This document shows positions 8,708 to 19,736 of a DNA stretch of 64,000 nt, piece after piece (position 1 is the stretch's first letter; each line of letters begins with the position of its first letter). The translations under genes were made by a program, and so were the position numbers. Origin of the DNA: an uncultured Christensenella sp. (GTDB lineage: Bacteria; Bacillota; Clostridia; Christensenellales; UBA1242); NCBI GenBank assembly GCA_949293905.1, contig CASFFG010000001.1:131240-195239 (forward strand). Reading direction: 5' to 3'. The notes beneath the pieces were generated by a model. It saw only the letters and a program-made list of their open reading frames with translations, ran no database searches and was not told the DNA's origin.

Positions 8708-9397
8708 CTATTTAACTATTTTTTGGATAATATGTGCGACAACTACCGTCGCCATATTTACTGGATAGTATACCACACTAGCGATTTTTTTGCAACCGAA
8801 TTTTATCGCCTTTTGCTTAGTATAGCAAACATCAAGTTTTTTTATTCTCTCTTCCGCACAAAATTTTCGCAAAATTTTCGCTATCGGGTCATAACTTGTC
8901 TTCGATATGTCGGCAATCTCAAATCGCGGAATATCTAAATACCTATTTCCCGCACCCATACAAGATAAAATGTAAATATTATCCTTATTAGCATTGGTTA
9001 TCAACAACTTTTTTGCGCTAATATCGTCAATGCAATCAATGATAATATCATAATCAGTTAAATTTATCTTGCTTTGTGTGTCAACTGAATATTTAATAGG
9101 GAAAGCCGTAATGTTTAGGTTGGGATTAATGTCTTTTAGTTGAATTTTTAGTGCGTTTACTTTTAACTCGCCTATATTATTATTGAAGGCGACCAGTTGG
9201 CGATTTAAGTTAGTTATATCCACTTGATCATAATCTACAATGTCCAAATTTTGAATACCCGAGCGAACGAGAAAATGACATACCGCACTGCCGACTCCAC
9301 CCACACCAAAAACTACGATGCGTGCGTTTGTCAATTTCTTGATTTGTGCATCGTTTAGCATAGCGGTAAATCTATCTAAATATCTTAAATCTTGCAT
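8708..9397 (-). CDS. tcdA: ThiF-family tRNA threonylcarbamoyladenosine dehydratase (TcdA-like)
   Basis: GVGGVGS, TNLNRQ, CMGAGNR, DISKTSYDPIAK; probable start MQDLRY at 9397. Confidence 0.8.
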   Translation of the reverse strand: MQDLRYLDRFTAMLNDAQIKKLTNARIVVFGVGGVGSAVCHFLVRSGIQNLDIVDYDQVDITNLNRQLVAFNNNIGELKVNALKIQLKDINPNLNITAFPIKYSVDTQSKINLTDYDIIIDCIDDISAKKLLITNANKDNIYILSCMGAGNRYLDIPRFEIADISKTSYDPIAKILRKFCAEERIKKLDVCYTKQKAIKFGCKKIASVVYYPVNMATVVVAHIIQKIVK

Positions 9398-9398
9398 A

Positions 9399-10715
9399 CT
9401 AGATAATGTATTTTTTATAATCATGCGATTGTATCATATTTTCCATCGTCTTTAAAACAAATGGTTTATCAATCACAACTTTTACAACTGGATTATCTTT
9501 GCTTGCGTTAAACGAAATATCTTCAAGAAGCGCTTCAAGTATAGTTTGAAGGCGTCTAGCACCGATATTTTCGTTAGTTTCGTTTTCGTCAACTGCGAGT
9601 CCTGCGATTGTATCAATAGCATCTTCTGTAAATTCTAAGTCAACATTATCAACTGCTAAGAGTTTTTTATATTGCTCAGTGATTGCATTTTGTGGCACAG
9701 TTAAAATTTTCTTAAAATCTTCCTTTGTTAAACTATTCAATTCAACTTGGATAGGGAAACGACCTTGGAGTTCGGGAATTAAGTCACTTATGCTTGAAAT
9801 ATGGAACGCTCCCGCCGCGATAAATAGTATATAATCGGTATTAACTACCCCATATTTAGTATTCACTGTACTACCTTCGACAATAGGTAAAATATCTCGC
9901 TGAACACCTTCGCGTGATACATCTTGACCATTATTTTTCTTGGCAGCAATTTTGTCTATTTCGTCTATAAAGATAATTCCTTCCTGCTCTGCGCGGTGGA
10001 TTGCTTCCTTATTTATTATGTCTGGATCAATGAGTTTATCGCACTCTTCATTAAGTAAAACTTCGCGTGCGCGCTCAACGGTCATGCGCTTCATCTTTCT
10101 AGGTGCTTTAATTATTCCGCCCATAATTTGCCCGATATTAATCTCCGCACCTACTCCGTCGAGTAAATTCATAGGTTTTGGTTGCTCACGAACATCTATA
10201 TCTATACTCTCTTTATCAAATTTCCCTGCATTATAATCTTCATAGAATTTTGTTCTAAACGCTTCTGTGTCCTCACTTTCTGGCTTATTTACCTTTTTTA
10301 GTGGATATAAGATGTCAGTAATCTTCTTATCTACAACAACCTTTGCCCTATCTTTTATCTTCTCAATTTGTTCATCATGGACAATTCGAACTGACGCTTC
10401 TACTAAATCTCGCACCATGCTCTCGACATCGCGTCCTACATAGCCTACTTCTGTATATTTTGTTGCTTCGACTTTTACAAAAGGGGCATTTACTAGTTTT
10501 GCAAGCCTTCTCGCAATTTCAGTTTTACCGACACCAGTAGGGCCTTTTAATATAATATTTTTTGGAGTTATCTCATCGCTCACATTCTTTGGCAACTGAC
10601 TACGGCGATATCTATTCCTTAGTGCAATAGCAACAGCGCGTTTTGCTTTCGATTGCCCTACGATAAAATTATCTAGATTCTTAACAATTTCTTTACATGT
10701 CATTAGATTTGGCAT
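9399..10715 (-). CDS. hslU: ATP-dependent protease ATPase subunit HslU (ClpY)
   Basis: GPTGVGKTEIARRLA, VEATKYTEVGYVG, FIDEIDKI, ENIGARRL. Confidence 0.97.
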   Translation of the reverse strand: MPNLMTCKEIVKNLDNFIVGQSKAKRAVAIALRNRYRRSQLPKNVSDEITPKNIILKGPTGVGKTEIARRLAKLVNAPFVKVEATKYTEVGYVGRDVESMVRDLVEASVRIVHDEQIEKIKDRAKVVVDKKITDILYPLKKVNKPESEDTEAFRTKFYEDYNAGKFDKESIDIDVREQPKPMNLLDGVGAEINIGQIMGGIIKAPRKMKRMTVERAREVLLNEECDKLIDPDIINKEAIHRAEQEGIIFIDEIDKIAAKKNNGQDVSREGVQRDILPIVEGSTVNTKYGVVNTDYILFIAAGAFHISSISDLIPELQGRFPIQVELNSLTKEDFKKILTVPQNAITEQYKKLLAVDNVDLEFTEDAIDTIAGLAVDENETNENIGARRLQTILEALLEDISFNASKDNPVVKVVIDKPFVLKTMENMIQSHDYKKYII

Positions 10716-10716
10716 A

Positions 10717-11256
10717 TTATATCTCCTCAACTACGAAATTTTTATTAGTGAAAATACATAGATCGCTCGCTATTTCCATGGATTTAAGCGCGATAGTTTT
10801 TGCATCTAAGTCTGTGTTTCTAATAAGTGCTTTCGCAGCAGATAGAGCGTAAAAACCACCACTTCCAGTAGCACAAACTCCTTCGTCTGGTTCAATAACA
10901 TCGCCAATACTGTTAAGCATAAGTAAGTTATCCTTATCTGCAACTATCATGAACGCGCCTTCACTACTATTGTGTCCGCCCGAATTTCTAAGTTCTTTTG
11001 TATACTCTACTGCGCTACGCAATAGACTTCCGCTATATTTATTAAGCATTTTTTCAAATTCTTCAAACATAGCATATGCGTCAGCCGTGCCACCAGCGAA
11101 CCCGATTATTACTTTGCCATCATATATTCTTCTAACCTTATGTGCAGTGCCTTTAAGGACAATTTGCTGACCAAGAGTAACTTGACCATCTCCCGCTATA
11201 ACTGTCTTTCCATTTCTCTTAACTGCTACTATAGTCGTGCCTCTAAGTTGTTCCAT
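10717..11256 (-). CDS. hslV: ATP-dependent protease subunit HslV (ClpQ)
   Basis: TTIVAV..AGDGQVTLG, GSGG, CIFTN. Confidence 0.97.
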   Translation of the reverse strand: MEQLRGTTIVAVKRNGKTVIAGDGQVTLGQQIVLKGTAHKVRRIYDGKVIIGFAGGTADAYAMFEEFEKMLNKYSGSLLRSAVEYTKELRNSGGHNSSEGAFMIVADKDNLLMLNSIGDVIEPDEGVCATGSGGFYALSAAKALIRNTDLDAKTIALKSMEIASDLCIFTNKNFVVEEI

Positions 11257-11258
11257 CT

Positions 11259-12563
11259 CTACTCCTTTAATTCTTTTAATATTGTTTTAATTTCATTTAT
11301 CGCCCGGTCGCGATACATTACATTTCGTTTTACCTTATCGCGTTCCTTGATTGGATTTAATATACCGAAATTCGCATTAATCGGCTGAAAATTATCAGTA
11401 TTTGCATTTACTAGATAATTATAAAGCCCACCAATAATTGTATCTGCGCTAAAACTTAATAATTCTTTACCTTCAATCTGGCGAATTACATTTATTGCGC
11501 AATATAAACCACTCGCAATACTTTCGACATATCCTTCAACCCCCGAGAGTTGACCCGCAATATATATATTATTGTCAACTTTTAATCTGGAATACTTGTC
11601 TAATGCTCGCGGATAATTTATATAGTGGTTAGTATGCATTACTCCGTAACGCAAAAATTCAGCATTCTCCAACCCTGGAATTAAGCGAAATACTCGCCTT
11701 TGTTCAGGAAAAGTTAGATTAGTTTGAAATCCAACCATATTGTACATTGTAGCATAATTATTTTCTTTTCTCAACTGAACGACGGCATATGGACGATTTT
11801 CTTTATGCGGATTTTTTATTCCTACTGGCTTTAATGGCCCAAAACGAATTGCGTCCGTTCCACGTTTAGCCATAATTTCAATCGGCATGCAACTTTCGAA
11901 TATATTCTTCTTCTCGAATTCATGTAGTTCAACAGTTTTTGCATTTATAAGTTCATTATAAAAACGCAAATATTCGTCCTTGTCCATAGCGCAATTTAGA
12001 TAGTCCGCGTCGCCTTTATCGTAACGAGAAGCAAAGAATGCCTTAGTCATGTCAATACTTTCCGCGTTAATAATTGGGGAAGCAGCATCATAAAAATAGA
12101 GAAAATCTTCGCCAATTTTTTTCTTTAATGCTTGGCACATTTTGCTAGTTGTAAGTGGACCTGTAGCAATCACAGTTATTGCGTTTGGATTAAAATCTTC
12201 AACTTCTTTCACATATGTAATTATGTTTTTATTCGTTTTAATGAGTTCGGTAACAATATTTGAAAATGCTTCTCTATCAACCGCGAGTGCCTGTCCAGCG
12301 GGAACACGACAAGAGTAAGCAACTTTTAATAAATTACTCCCTAATAGTGTAAGTTCTCTTTTAAATACACCAGATGCTGTGGTGTCATCGTCACTTTTTA
12401 GTGAATTGCTACATACGATTTCAGCGTAGTTTTCACTATGATGAGCGGGAGTTAAACTCTCGCCTTTTATATCATAGAGATTAACCTTATATCCGTGATT
12501 TGCTAGATACAGCGCGCACTCACTTCCCGCAAGACCAGCACCAACAACATTAATCTCTAACAT
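11259..12563 (-). CDS. trmFO: Methylenetetrahydrofolate-tRNA (uracil-5)-methyltransferase
   Basis: GAGLAGSE, VCSNS, FYDAASP, VGFQT, GVEGYVES; start set at MLEINVV. Confidence 0.96.
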   Translation of the reverse strand: MLEINVVGAGLAGSECALYLANHGYKVNLYDIKGESLTPAHHSENYAEIVCSNSLKSDDDTTASGVFKRELTLLGSNLLKVAYSCRVPAGQALAVDREAFSNIVTELIKTNKNIITYVKEVEDFNPNAITVIATGPLTTSKMCQALKKKIGEDFLYFYDAASPIINAESIDMTKAFFASRYDKGDADYLNCAMDKDEYLRFYNELINAKTVELHEFEKKNIFESCMPIEIMAKRGTDAIRFGPLKPVGIKNPHKENRPYAVVQLRKENNYATMYNMVGFQTNLTFPEQRRVFRLIPGLENAEFLRYGVMHTNHYINYPRALDKYSRLKVDNNIYIAGQLSGVEGYVESIASGLYCAINVIRQIEGKELLSFSADTIIGGLYNYLVNANTDNFQPINANFGILNPIKERDKVKRNVMYRDRAINEIKTILKELKE

Positions 12564-14622
12564 AATTACACCCTTTTGCGTTACAAATAATTTGAGTTTT
12601 TCCTTTCGCTCCAAATTTTTTAAATAGATTAGCATTGCATTTTGGACATTTCTCGCTCAAAGGTAAATCCCATGAGATATAGTCACATTTTGGATAATTG
12701 TCACAACCGAAGAAGAGTTTACCGCGTTTTGAATACTTGGCGCTAACCACTCCGCCACATTTTGGACAAATTCCAGTTTCTGTCACATTATTTTCGTTGA
12801 TATTTTTAGTATTTTTACATTGTGGGAAATTCGAGCAAGCAAGGAAACGCCCGAATTTTCCTTCTCTATATACCATCATTGCACCACATTTATCGCACTT
12901 TATGTCGCTAGGCTCTGGTGGTGCTTTCGGTAGGCTTACTCCCATTTTCTCGCTAGCATAATCGAGTTGTTTCATGAACGGGGTATAAAATTCTAACACT
13001 GTATCTTGCCAACGCTTTTTACCTTCCGCTATATCGTCGAGTTGCTGTTCCATGTTTGCGGTAAATTTCACGTCCATGACATTTTTAAAGTATTCTTCTA
13101 AATAATCGGTGACTTCAAATCCTAGTTCGGTAGGGACGATATATTTCTTTTCCGTCTTAATATAGTCACGATTAAATAGAGTCATGATTGTTGAAGCGGT
13201 GGTAGACGGACGTCCTATACCCTGCACTTCCATTTCATGAACTATGCTTGCTTGGTCAAAGCGGACAGGCGGTTTTGTGAATTTTTGTTCGGTTATAATT
13301 TTTTCTTTCTTAACTACTTCATTCTCTATTAAATCAGGTATATTTATTCCGTTTTTTTCGTCATCTTGTGGTTTTAACAACTTAGTATAGCCGTCAAATA
13401 CTAATGCACGACCAGACGAGCGGAAGGTGTAATCTCCAACTTTAATATCTACAGACAAACTATCATATTTCGCGTAACTCATTTGACTAGCAACAAAGCG
13501 CTTAAATATTAATGTATATAAGTTTAAGTATTGTTCTTCAATCTTTCCTTTTAGAAATTCAGGTGTGTATTTTAGACTGATTGGTCGTATCGCTTCGTGT
13601 GCGTCTTGCGCACTACCCTTTGTCGCAAATTCGTTAAATTTCCCTGGGTGATACTCTTTCCCATAATTTTCTAAAATATATTCGCGTGCCATGAATTGAG
13701 CATCGGTAGCAACACGAGTCGAATCAGTACGGATATATGTAACTAGCGCGGTTTTACCTTCACCAGCAATTTGCACACCTTCATACAAAGTTTGGGCGCA
13801 TTTTGTATACGAATTTAGGGTCATTTTCAATTTTTTAACTGCATCTTGCTGTAATGTAGTGGTTATGTATGGTGCAGGGGGACGCGAGTAAGCCATTTGG
13901 CGTTTAACTTGCGCTACCTTATATTCCCCATTTTCAATAACAGAGAGAATTTTATCAACTTGTTCTTTATTTTCTACTTCGATTTTCTTATCCTTATATA
14001 AGGATAAATCCGCTTTAAATTTCTTTCCTTCTTTACTGAGTTCTGCCGATACATTCCAGTACTCAGTTGGTACGAAATTCTGTATCGCGCGCTCGCGGTC
14101 GACTATAAGTTTTAGCGTAACAGATTGAACCCTACCGGCACTTAGTTTTGGTTGAATTTTTTTAGACAACAATGGGCTTAGTTTATATCCCACAATTCTA
14201 TCTAGAACTCGTCTACCCTGCTGAGCATTAACTAAATTTAAGTCGATTGCGCGTGGGTGAGCAATGCTTTCGTTTACTGCCTTTTTACTAATTTCGTTAA
14301 ATGCCGTTCGAACAGGCGCACTCTCATCTAATCCTAAGATCTCTGCAATATGCCACGAAATTGCTTCCCCTTCTCTATCCGGGTCGGACGCAAGATATAT
14401 TGCTTCTGCCTTACTTGCCAGTTTCTTTAACTGTTCCACTGTAGATTTTTTGTTCGGTATAATCTCATATTTTGGTTCAAAATCATGCTCTAAATCTATT
14501 CCAAAAGATTTTTCAGGCAGGTCTCGAATATGGCCTTTTGTTGCAAACACTACATAATTTGCTCCTAAATATTTCTTTATAGATTCTTGTTTTCCCGGTC
14601 CTTCTATTAATACTAATTTCAT
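12550..14622 (-). CDS. topA: DNA topoisomerase I
   Basis: DPDREGE, SAGRVQS, TYIRTDS, QDAHEAIRP, C-terminal Zn ribbons. Confidence 0.98.
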   Translation of the reverse strand: MKLVLIEGPGKQESIKKYLGANYVVFATKGHIRDLPEKSFGIDLEHDFEPKYEIIPNKKSTVEQLKKLASKAEAIYLASDPDREGEAISWHIAEILGLDESAPVRTAFNEISKKAVNESIAHPRAIDLNLVNAQQGRRVLDRIVGYKLSPLLSKKIQPKLSAGRVQSVTLKLIVDRERAIQNFVPTEYWNVSAELSKEGKKFKADLSLYKDKKIEVENKEQVDKILSVIENGEYKVAQVKRQMAYSRPPAPYITTTLQQDAVKKLKMTLNSYTKCAQTLYEGVQIAGEGKTALVTYIRTDSTRVATDAQFMAREYILENYGKEYHPGKFNEFATKGSAQDAHEAIRPISLKYTPEFLKGKIEEQYLNLYTLIFKRFVASQMSYAKYDSLSVDIKVGDYTFRSSGRALVFDGYTKLLKPQDDEKNGINIPDLIENEVVKKEKIITEQKFTKPPVRFDQASIVHEMEVQGIGRPSTTASTIMTLFNRDYIKTEKKYIVPTELGFEVTDYLEEYFKNVMDVKFTANMEQQLDDIAEGKKRWQDTVLEFYTPFMKQLDYASEKMGVSLPKAPPEPSDIKCDKCGAMMVYREGKFGRFLACSNFPQCKNTKNINENNVTETGICPKCGGVVSAKYSKRGKLFFGCDNYPKCDYISWDLPLSEKCPKCNANLFKKFGAKGKTQIICNAKGCNYVRD

Positions 14623-14644
14623 AAATCTCCTAAGTTGTATTTTA

Positions 14645-15724
14645 TTATGACATAATGTAACTATTATTCGCTAACTTTGTAACTAGTCCTTCCATTTCTA
14701 GCCCCATTAAAATGGTGTTTAATTCGTGCGCACTCATTTCGGTATAATCGGCTATTTCTTGGAAGGTGCGTTTTTCAGTACGGATATAATTTAATACAAA
14801 TTGCTCTTTAATGTCAAGTTGGCGGGAGATGTTTTTTGAATTTTCTTTCTCTATGTTCAGCGCGTCTAAAACATCATCTGGTGAAAGAGTTATACTTGCA
14901 GTGAGATTCTTTATTAGCGAATTTGTGCCCTTAGACATGGGCGAATTAATTTTACCAGGGACGGCAAAGACTTCGCGATTATATTCCAAACCAAATCTAG
15001 CGGTTTTAAGTGAACCGCTCTTCTCCGCCCCCTCAGTAACAACTACTCCGCGTGACAAACCAGCAATAATGCGATTTCGTATAGGGAATAAATAACTAAG
15101 GGACGGTGTGGTAGGACAATTTTCGCTTATAATTAAATTGTTCTCAGTGAGTTTCTTTGCAAGTGAAATATTAGTTGCGGGATAGATATTATATAGCCCG
15201 CCAGCAAGTACAGCAATCGTCTTCCCGTCATTTTCTAATGCCGTTTTATGTGCTATGGTATCCACTCCAGTTGCAAGTCCGGATACTATAGTTAAATCAC
15301 ATTCAGCAAATGCCTTAGCATACTGTTTTGTTACAACTATTCCGTAATCAGTAGGTTTCCTTGTCCCTACAATAGCGATGCAATTCGTGTCTAGTAATTG
15401 TGTGTTACCTTTGCAGTAAAGACACAGTGGCGGAGAAGAAATTTCGCGCAGTAAATGAGGATATTTTGAATCATGGATAGTTATCATCTCTATTCCGTCT
15501 GCTTGATACCTTGCTATCTTGTCGTCCAAAATTTTATCGTCTACTAGTGCCAACATCTTATTATATTCTAAGTCGGTCAGCATATTTCTAATTTCAAATT
15601 TAGATGAAAAAGATTTCTTGATGTCCACTCCTCGTGGGAACAAATCAAGAATTCTACTTTTCTTTTGATATGTTAAAAATGGAAACAAGTCCAACCAAAT
15701 TATGTTTCTATCGTCAATTGTCAT
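14645..15724 (-). CDS. dprA: DNA-processing protein DprA
   Basis: AIVGTR, VSGLATGVD, FPIRNRIIAGLS, C-terminal winged helix. Confidence 0.95.
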   Translation of the reverse strand: MTIDDRNIIWLDLFPFLTYQKKSRILDLFPRGVDIKKSFSSKFEIRNMLTDLEYNKMLALVDDKILDDKIARYQADGIEMITIHDSKYPHLLREISSPPLCLYCKGNTQLLDTNCIAIVGTRKPTDYGIVVTKQYAKAFAECDLTIVSGLATGVDTIAHKTALENDGKTIAVLAGGLYNIYPATNISLAKKLTENNLIISENCPTTPSLSYLFPIRNRIIAGLSRGVVVTEGAEKSGSLKTARFGLEYNREVFAVPGKINSPMSKGTNSLIKNLTASITLSPDDVLDALNIEKENSKNISRQLDIKEQFVLNYIRTEKRTFQEIADYTEMSAHELNTILMGLEMEGLVTKLANNSYIMS

Positions 15725-15725
15725 A

Positions 15726-17258
15726 CTATACCGTGTATTTTTTATCTAGCGAGCGATATTGTATCGCTTCCATAATGTGTGCCTTTTCGATATTTTCCTT
15801 ACCTTCTAGGTCTGCAATCGTTCGCGCGACTTTCAATATCCTATTATACGCGCGTGCGGAAAGATTGAGCCTTTTAAACGCGAGTTCAAGAATTGCCGTG
15901 CAATCGCTATCCAGTTTGCAATATTTCTTAAACTCTTTTTCACTCATCTTCGCGTTTGCGTAAATTTTGCTATCTTTAAAGCGATTCAACTGAATTTCGC
16001 GTGCCTTATTCACTCTCTTTTTTATTTCCGCACTTGGTTCTTCAAGTTCTGTTCGCGTAAGTTCGTCATAATTGATTGAATCTACTTCAATATGTAAATC
16101 AATTCTATCCATTAATGGACCACTAATCTTAGACAAATATTTATGAATTGCAGAAGGAGTACATTTACACGGGTGCGTACTGCTCCCATAATATCCGCAC
16201 GGGCATGGATTCATGCTGGCAACTAATATAAAATTCGCTGGATATTGAACAGTGAGTGCGTTTCTTGCAACAGTTATATAACCATCTTCCATAGGTTGAC
16301 GCAATGTTTCAATCGTATTACGCGAATATTCGGGCATTTCATCTAGAAATAATACTCCATTGTGTGCTAGGCTGATTTCGCCCGGGCGCGCTTTCTGTCC
16401 ACCACCCGTAAGCGCAATAAGGGTTGCGGTATGATGCGGGCTTCTAAACGGACGCTCAACGACTATCCCTTTTCTCGAATCTAAAATTCCTGCGACACTA
16501 TGAATTTTCGTAACTTCCAAACTTTCTTCAAATGTTAAATCGGGCAGAATTGACGGAAAGCATTTCGCTAGCATAGTCTTTCCCGCTCCTGGCGGTCCAA
16601 TAAGAAGAATATTATGACCGCCCGCTGCGGCTATTTCCATGGCGCGCTTAGCACTCGCTTGACCACGAACATATGCAAAATCATGCTTGTATTCATGATT
16701 TCTTAATGCGGACTCGAATGTCTTTGCTTCATTCTTTGCTATAACACGCTCGCCCTTTAAAAACTCAACAGTTTCACGAAGTGTTGATACGGGGTAAACA
16801 TCGATTTTATCTATAAACGACGCTTCCATAGCATTATCTTTTGGGATAATGAATTTACTATATCCAGCCTGTTTTGCGCTAATCAGCATAGGTAAAATTC
16901 CGTTTAATTTCCTAATCTCGCCGTTTAAACTGAGTTCTCCTAATACCACAAAATCTTTTAGCGTATCCGCCGGCAAATCTTCTTGTGCGGTCAAAATCCC
17001 TAATGCGATGGGTAGGTCATACATACTACCTTCCTTCCTGGTGTCAGCAGGTGCAAGGTTTATAACTACTTTATTAATAGGATAATTATATGCACTATTC
17101 TTAATCGCTGCCTTAACACGCGACTTACTCTCCTTAATTGCTGTATCTGCAAGTCCAACCACATCATATCCGGGCAGACCCGCATTTATATCTAACTCTA
17201 TATCCACTGGATAACCAGTAATTCCACTTAAGCCATATGACAAAATCTTCGCTAACAT
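15726..17258 (-). CDS. comM: YifB/ComM Mg-chelatase-like AAA+ ATPase
   Basis: GELSLNG, GPPGAGKTMLA, RPFRSPHH, LFLDE, MNPCPCG. Confidence 0.93.
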   Translation of the reverse strand: MLAKILSYGLSGITGYPVDIELDINAGLPGYDVVGLADTAIKESKSRVKAAIKNSAYNYPINKVVINLAPADTRKEGSMYDLPIALGILTAQEDLPADTLKDFVVLGELSLNGEIRKLNGILPMLISAKQAGYSKFIIPKDNAMEASFIDKIDVYPVSTLRETVEFLKGERVIAKNEAKTFESALRNHEYKHDFAYVRGQASAKRAMEIAAAGGHNILLIGPPGAGKTMLAKCFPSILPDLTFEESLEVTKIHSVAGILDSRKGIVVERPFRSPHHTATLIALTGGGQKARPGEISLAHNGVLFLDEMPEYSRNTIETLRQPMEDGYITVARNALTVQYPANFILVASMNPCPCGYYGSSTHPCKCTPSAIHKYLSKISGPLMDRIDLHIEVDSINYDELTRTELEEPSAEIKKRVNKAREIQLNRFKDSKIYANAKMSEKEFKKYCKLDSDCTAILELAFKRLNLSARAYNRILKVARTIADLEGKENIEKAHIMEAIQYRSLDKKYTV

Positions 17259-17448
17259 ATTCCCTCTTTGTTTGATGTTAGCATATATTGGTAAAATTTG
17301 TCAATTAATTTATCAAACATTTGTTCGATAAATTTAGTCATATTTATCATATCATGCATAGAATATTATGAATTTTTCTATCGAAATTTCTAAACCTAAC
17401 AAAAAAAACGAACCAAAAATAGTTCGTTTATTCCCAAATTCTAAAAGC

Positions 17449-17793
17449 CTATCTAATTTCTTTAACTTTTGCGGCTTTACCAGAAAGATTACGAATGTAA
17501 TAGATTTTAGCACGGCGAACTTTACCCTTTCTTACCACTATAATCTTATCAATTCTAGGGCTGTGCATTGGGAATGTTCTCTCCACGCCGATACCGAACG
17601 ATATGCGTCTAACAGTGAAAGTCTCACGAATACCGCTCCCTTTCTTCGCAATTGCTACGCCTTCATACGCCTGGATACGCTCCTTGTCGCCTTCCTTGAC
17701 CTTGTACATAACGCGTACAGTGTCCCCAATATTAAAGGAAGTAAGGTCGGTTCTCAATTGCTCTTTCTCGATTTGGTCGATAATTTTATTCAT
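17449..17793 (-). CDS. rplS: 50S ribosomal protein L19
   Basis: [35 protein letters not shown]. Confidence 0.98.
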   Translation of the reverse strand: MNKIIDQIEKEQLRTDLTSFNIGDTVRVMYKVKEGDKERIQAYEGVAIAKKGSGIRETFTVRRISFGIGVERTFPMHSPRIDKIIVVRKGKVRRAKIYYIRNLSGKAAKVKEIR

Positions 17794-17809
17794 AAGTTAC
17801 CTCCTAAAT

Positions 17810-17847
17810 TTAGCGTTCTTGCATTTGGGAATGTAGCGGACCGCTAA
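17810..17847 (-). promoter_or_regulatory. L19 ribosomal leader
   Basis: TTAGCGGTCCGCTACATTCCCAAATGCAAGAACGCTAA hairpin with the CCGCT...AGAAC internal loop of the Firmicute L19 leader, just before the rplS RBS. Confidence 0.75.
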
Positions 17848-17928
17848 CAACGAGTATATTTTAACACATATTAAAACATTTTGCAAGGGTTTTTTAGAAA
17901 GTTTTTTTTAATTACCAATGAAAATCTA

Positions 17929-18276
17929 CTAAAAAGCATTTTGAATGTGGCGGATTTCTTCGTCGGTGTCACCTAGAACGCCGATGACGTCGAAACGGCA
18001 TGAGGTATTTAATTTACCGAATTGTTTTAAGTACATAGTAGCGACTTGGCGGATTTTCATTTGTTTATGCGCGTTTACTGCTTCTAGTGGATCACCAAAG
18101 GCACGCGATGTTCTCGTCTTCACTTCAACGAAAACGATTGTATTTTTATCTTTTGCGATAATGTCGATTTCGCCGATTGGGGTCTTATAATTATTGCAGA
18201 TTATAGTGTAACCTTTATTTTTTAGATAATTTGTTGCGATTATTTCGCCTTTCTTTCCAAATATATTTTTTTGCAC
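17929..18276 (-). CDS. yraN: YraN family (UPF0102) nuclease-like protein
   Basis: GEIDIIA, VFVEVKTR, RFDVI. Confidence 0.93.
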   Translation of the reverse strand: MQKNIFGKKGEIIATNYLKNKGYTIICNNYKTPIGEIDIIAKDKNTIVFVEVKTRTSRAFGDPLEAVNAHKQMKIRQVATMYLKQFGKLNTSCRFDVIGVLGDTDEEIRHIQNAF

Positions 18277-18890
18277 TCTTCTTCTCCCAAAATTGAACCT
18301 AAAAAACTCAACCTATGTATCGGTGTTATGCCGAATTTTTTAATCGCTTCAATGTGTTTTTTTGTACCATAACCAACATTATTTTCAAAATCGTATTCGG
18401 GATAAATTTTTGCGTAATCTTGCATAAGTCTATCACGATAAACTTTTGCTACAATTGATGCACATGCGATAGCATAACTATTTGCGTCACCTTTAATAAT
18501 AGCACGCTCATTTTTACAAATATTTAGTTTTACTGCGTCGATAAGAAGTAAATCGGGCTTAATTTTAAGAAACGAAAAACTCTCAGTCATAGCGCGTTTT
18601 GTCGCATTTAAAATATTGATTTCATCGATTATGTTTTCGCCTACGACCGTAATTCTATAGTCGATCGCATGAGATAAAATTTCATCATACAATCTTTCGC
18701 GATTTTTCTTGGTCACTTTTTTACTATCAAACACTCCATCAATCATCGAGTCGTACGGCATAATTACGCATGCGGTCACAACTGGGCCAGCAAGTGGACC
18801 ACGACCTACTTCGTCCATACCAGCAATTAACTTAATTTCGTCATTCAAGAGCGCTTTGTCATGCTCAAAAATTTTAGTTGTATCTATCAT
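18240..18890 (-). CDS. rnhB: Ribonuclease HII
   Basis: DEVGRGPLAGPV, DSKK, KGD, ASIVAKVYRD. Confidence 0.96.
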   Translation of the reverse strand: MIDTTKIFEHDKALLNDEIKLIAGMDEVGRGPLAGPVVTACVIMPYDSMIDGVFDSKKVTKKNRERLYDEILSHAIDYRITVVGENIIDEINILNATKRAMTESFSFLKIKPDLLLIDAVKLNICKNERAIIKGDANSYAIACASIVAKVYRDRLMQDYAKIYPEYDFENNVGYGTKKHIEAIKKFGITPIHRLSFLGSILGEEECKKIYLERKAK

Positions 18891-18902
18891 ATCCTACTCT
18901 AA

Positions 18903-19736
18903 TCACTCTAAGCAAATTTTACCTAATTTACCAGACCTAAAATCATTTAATATAATTTTTGCGGTTCTATCTAAATCAATTTCTCCGCCTTTAATTATGC
19001 AACCGCGTTTTTTACCTATCATTTTTAAAATCTCTACATATGTGGTATTTTCTAAAATATCTACACTATATCTAGATGTGAAAATATTTTTATCTATTGA
19101 TAATAATCTACCAATTAAGCGTGTTGAAATGTCAACTAAATTTAAAACATCATCTTTTACTGACCCAACAAAAGCAAGATTATATGCCTTTTCTTCATCG
19201 TCAAAATTTGGAAGCAGTACGCCAGGTGTATCCATAATTTCAATATTCGAATCTACTTTAACCCACTGCTTAGAACGCGTAACTCCCGCCCTATTCCCAG
19301 TGATTGCTCTACCTTTGTTGCAAAGATTATTTACGATTGTGGACTTACCTGAATTTGGAACGCCTATCACCATAGCGCGTAAAATGAAGTTTACTCCGCG
19401 CATTTTATTTTGTTCCAATCTTTCTTTAAAAACCGAGCGAATTTCATTCAATATAATTTTACTAGTACCACTTATGGTTGCGTTCAGTGGAACACAGCGA
19501 TGCCCTAGACTTAAGAAGTGTGACTTAAATCTATCTACATCACTCTTCCCCACTAAATCGGCTTTATTTAAGATAAAGATAATCGGTTTCTTCCCCACCA
19601 CTTTTACAAATTCAGGATTAATAGAACTTAATGGGCAACGCGCGTCCACGACATACAAAAAACAGTCGCAAAGTTTAGCGTCCGCTTGCATTTGCTTCAA
19701 GGTTTTATTCATATGTCCTGGAAACCAATTTATCAT
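18903..19736 (-). CDS. rbgA: Ribosome biogenesis GTPase RbgA/YlqF
   Basis: INWFPGHM, NKAD, GVPNSGKST, DTPG (circularly permuted GTPase). Confidence 0.96.
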   Translation of the reverse strand: MINWFPGHMNKTLKQMQADAKLCDCFLYVVDARCPLSSINPEFVKVVGKKPIIFILNKADLVGKSDVDRFKSHFLSLGHRCVPLNATISGTSKIILNEIRSVFKERLEQNKMRGVNFILRAMVIGVPNSGKSTIVNNLCNKGRAITGNRAGVTRSKQWVKVDSNIEIMDTPGVLLPNFDDEEKAYNLAFVGSVKDDVLNLVDISTRLIGRLLSIDKNIFTSRYSVDILENTTYVEILKMIGKKRGCIIKGGEIDLDRTAKIILNDFRSGKLGKICLE

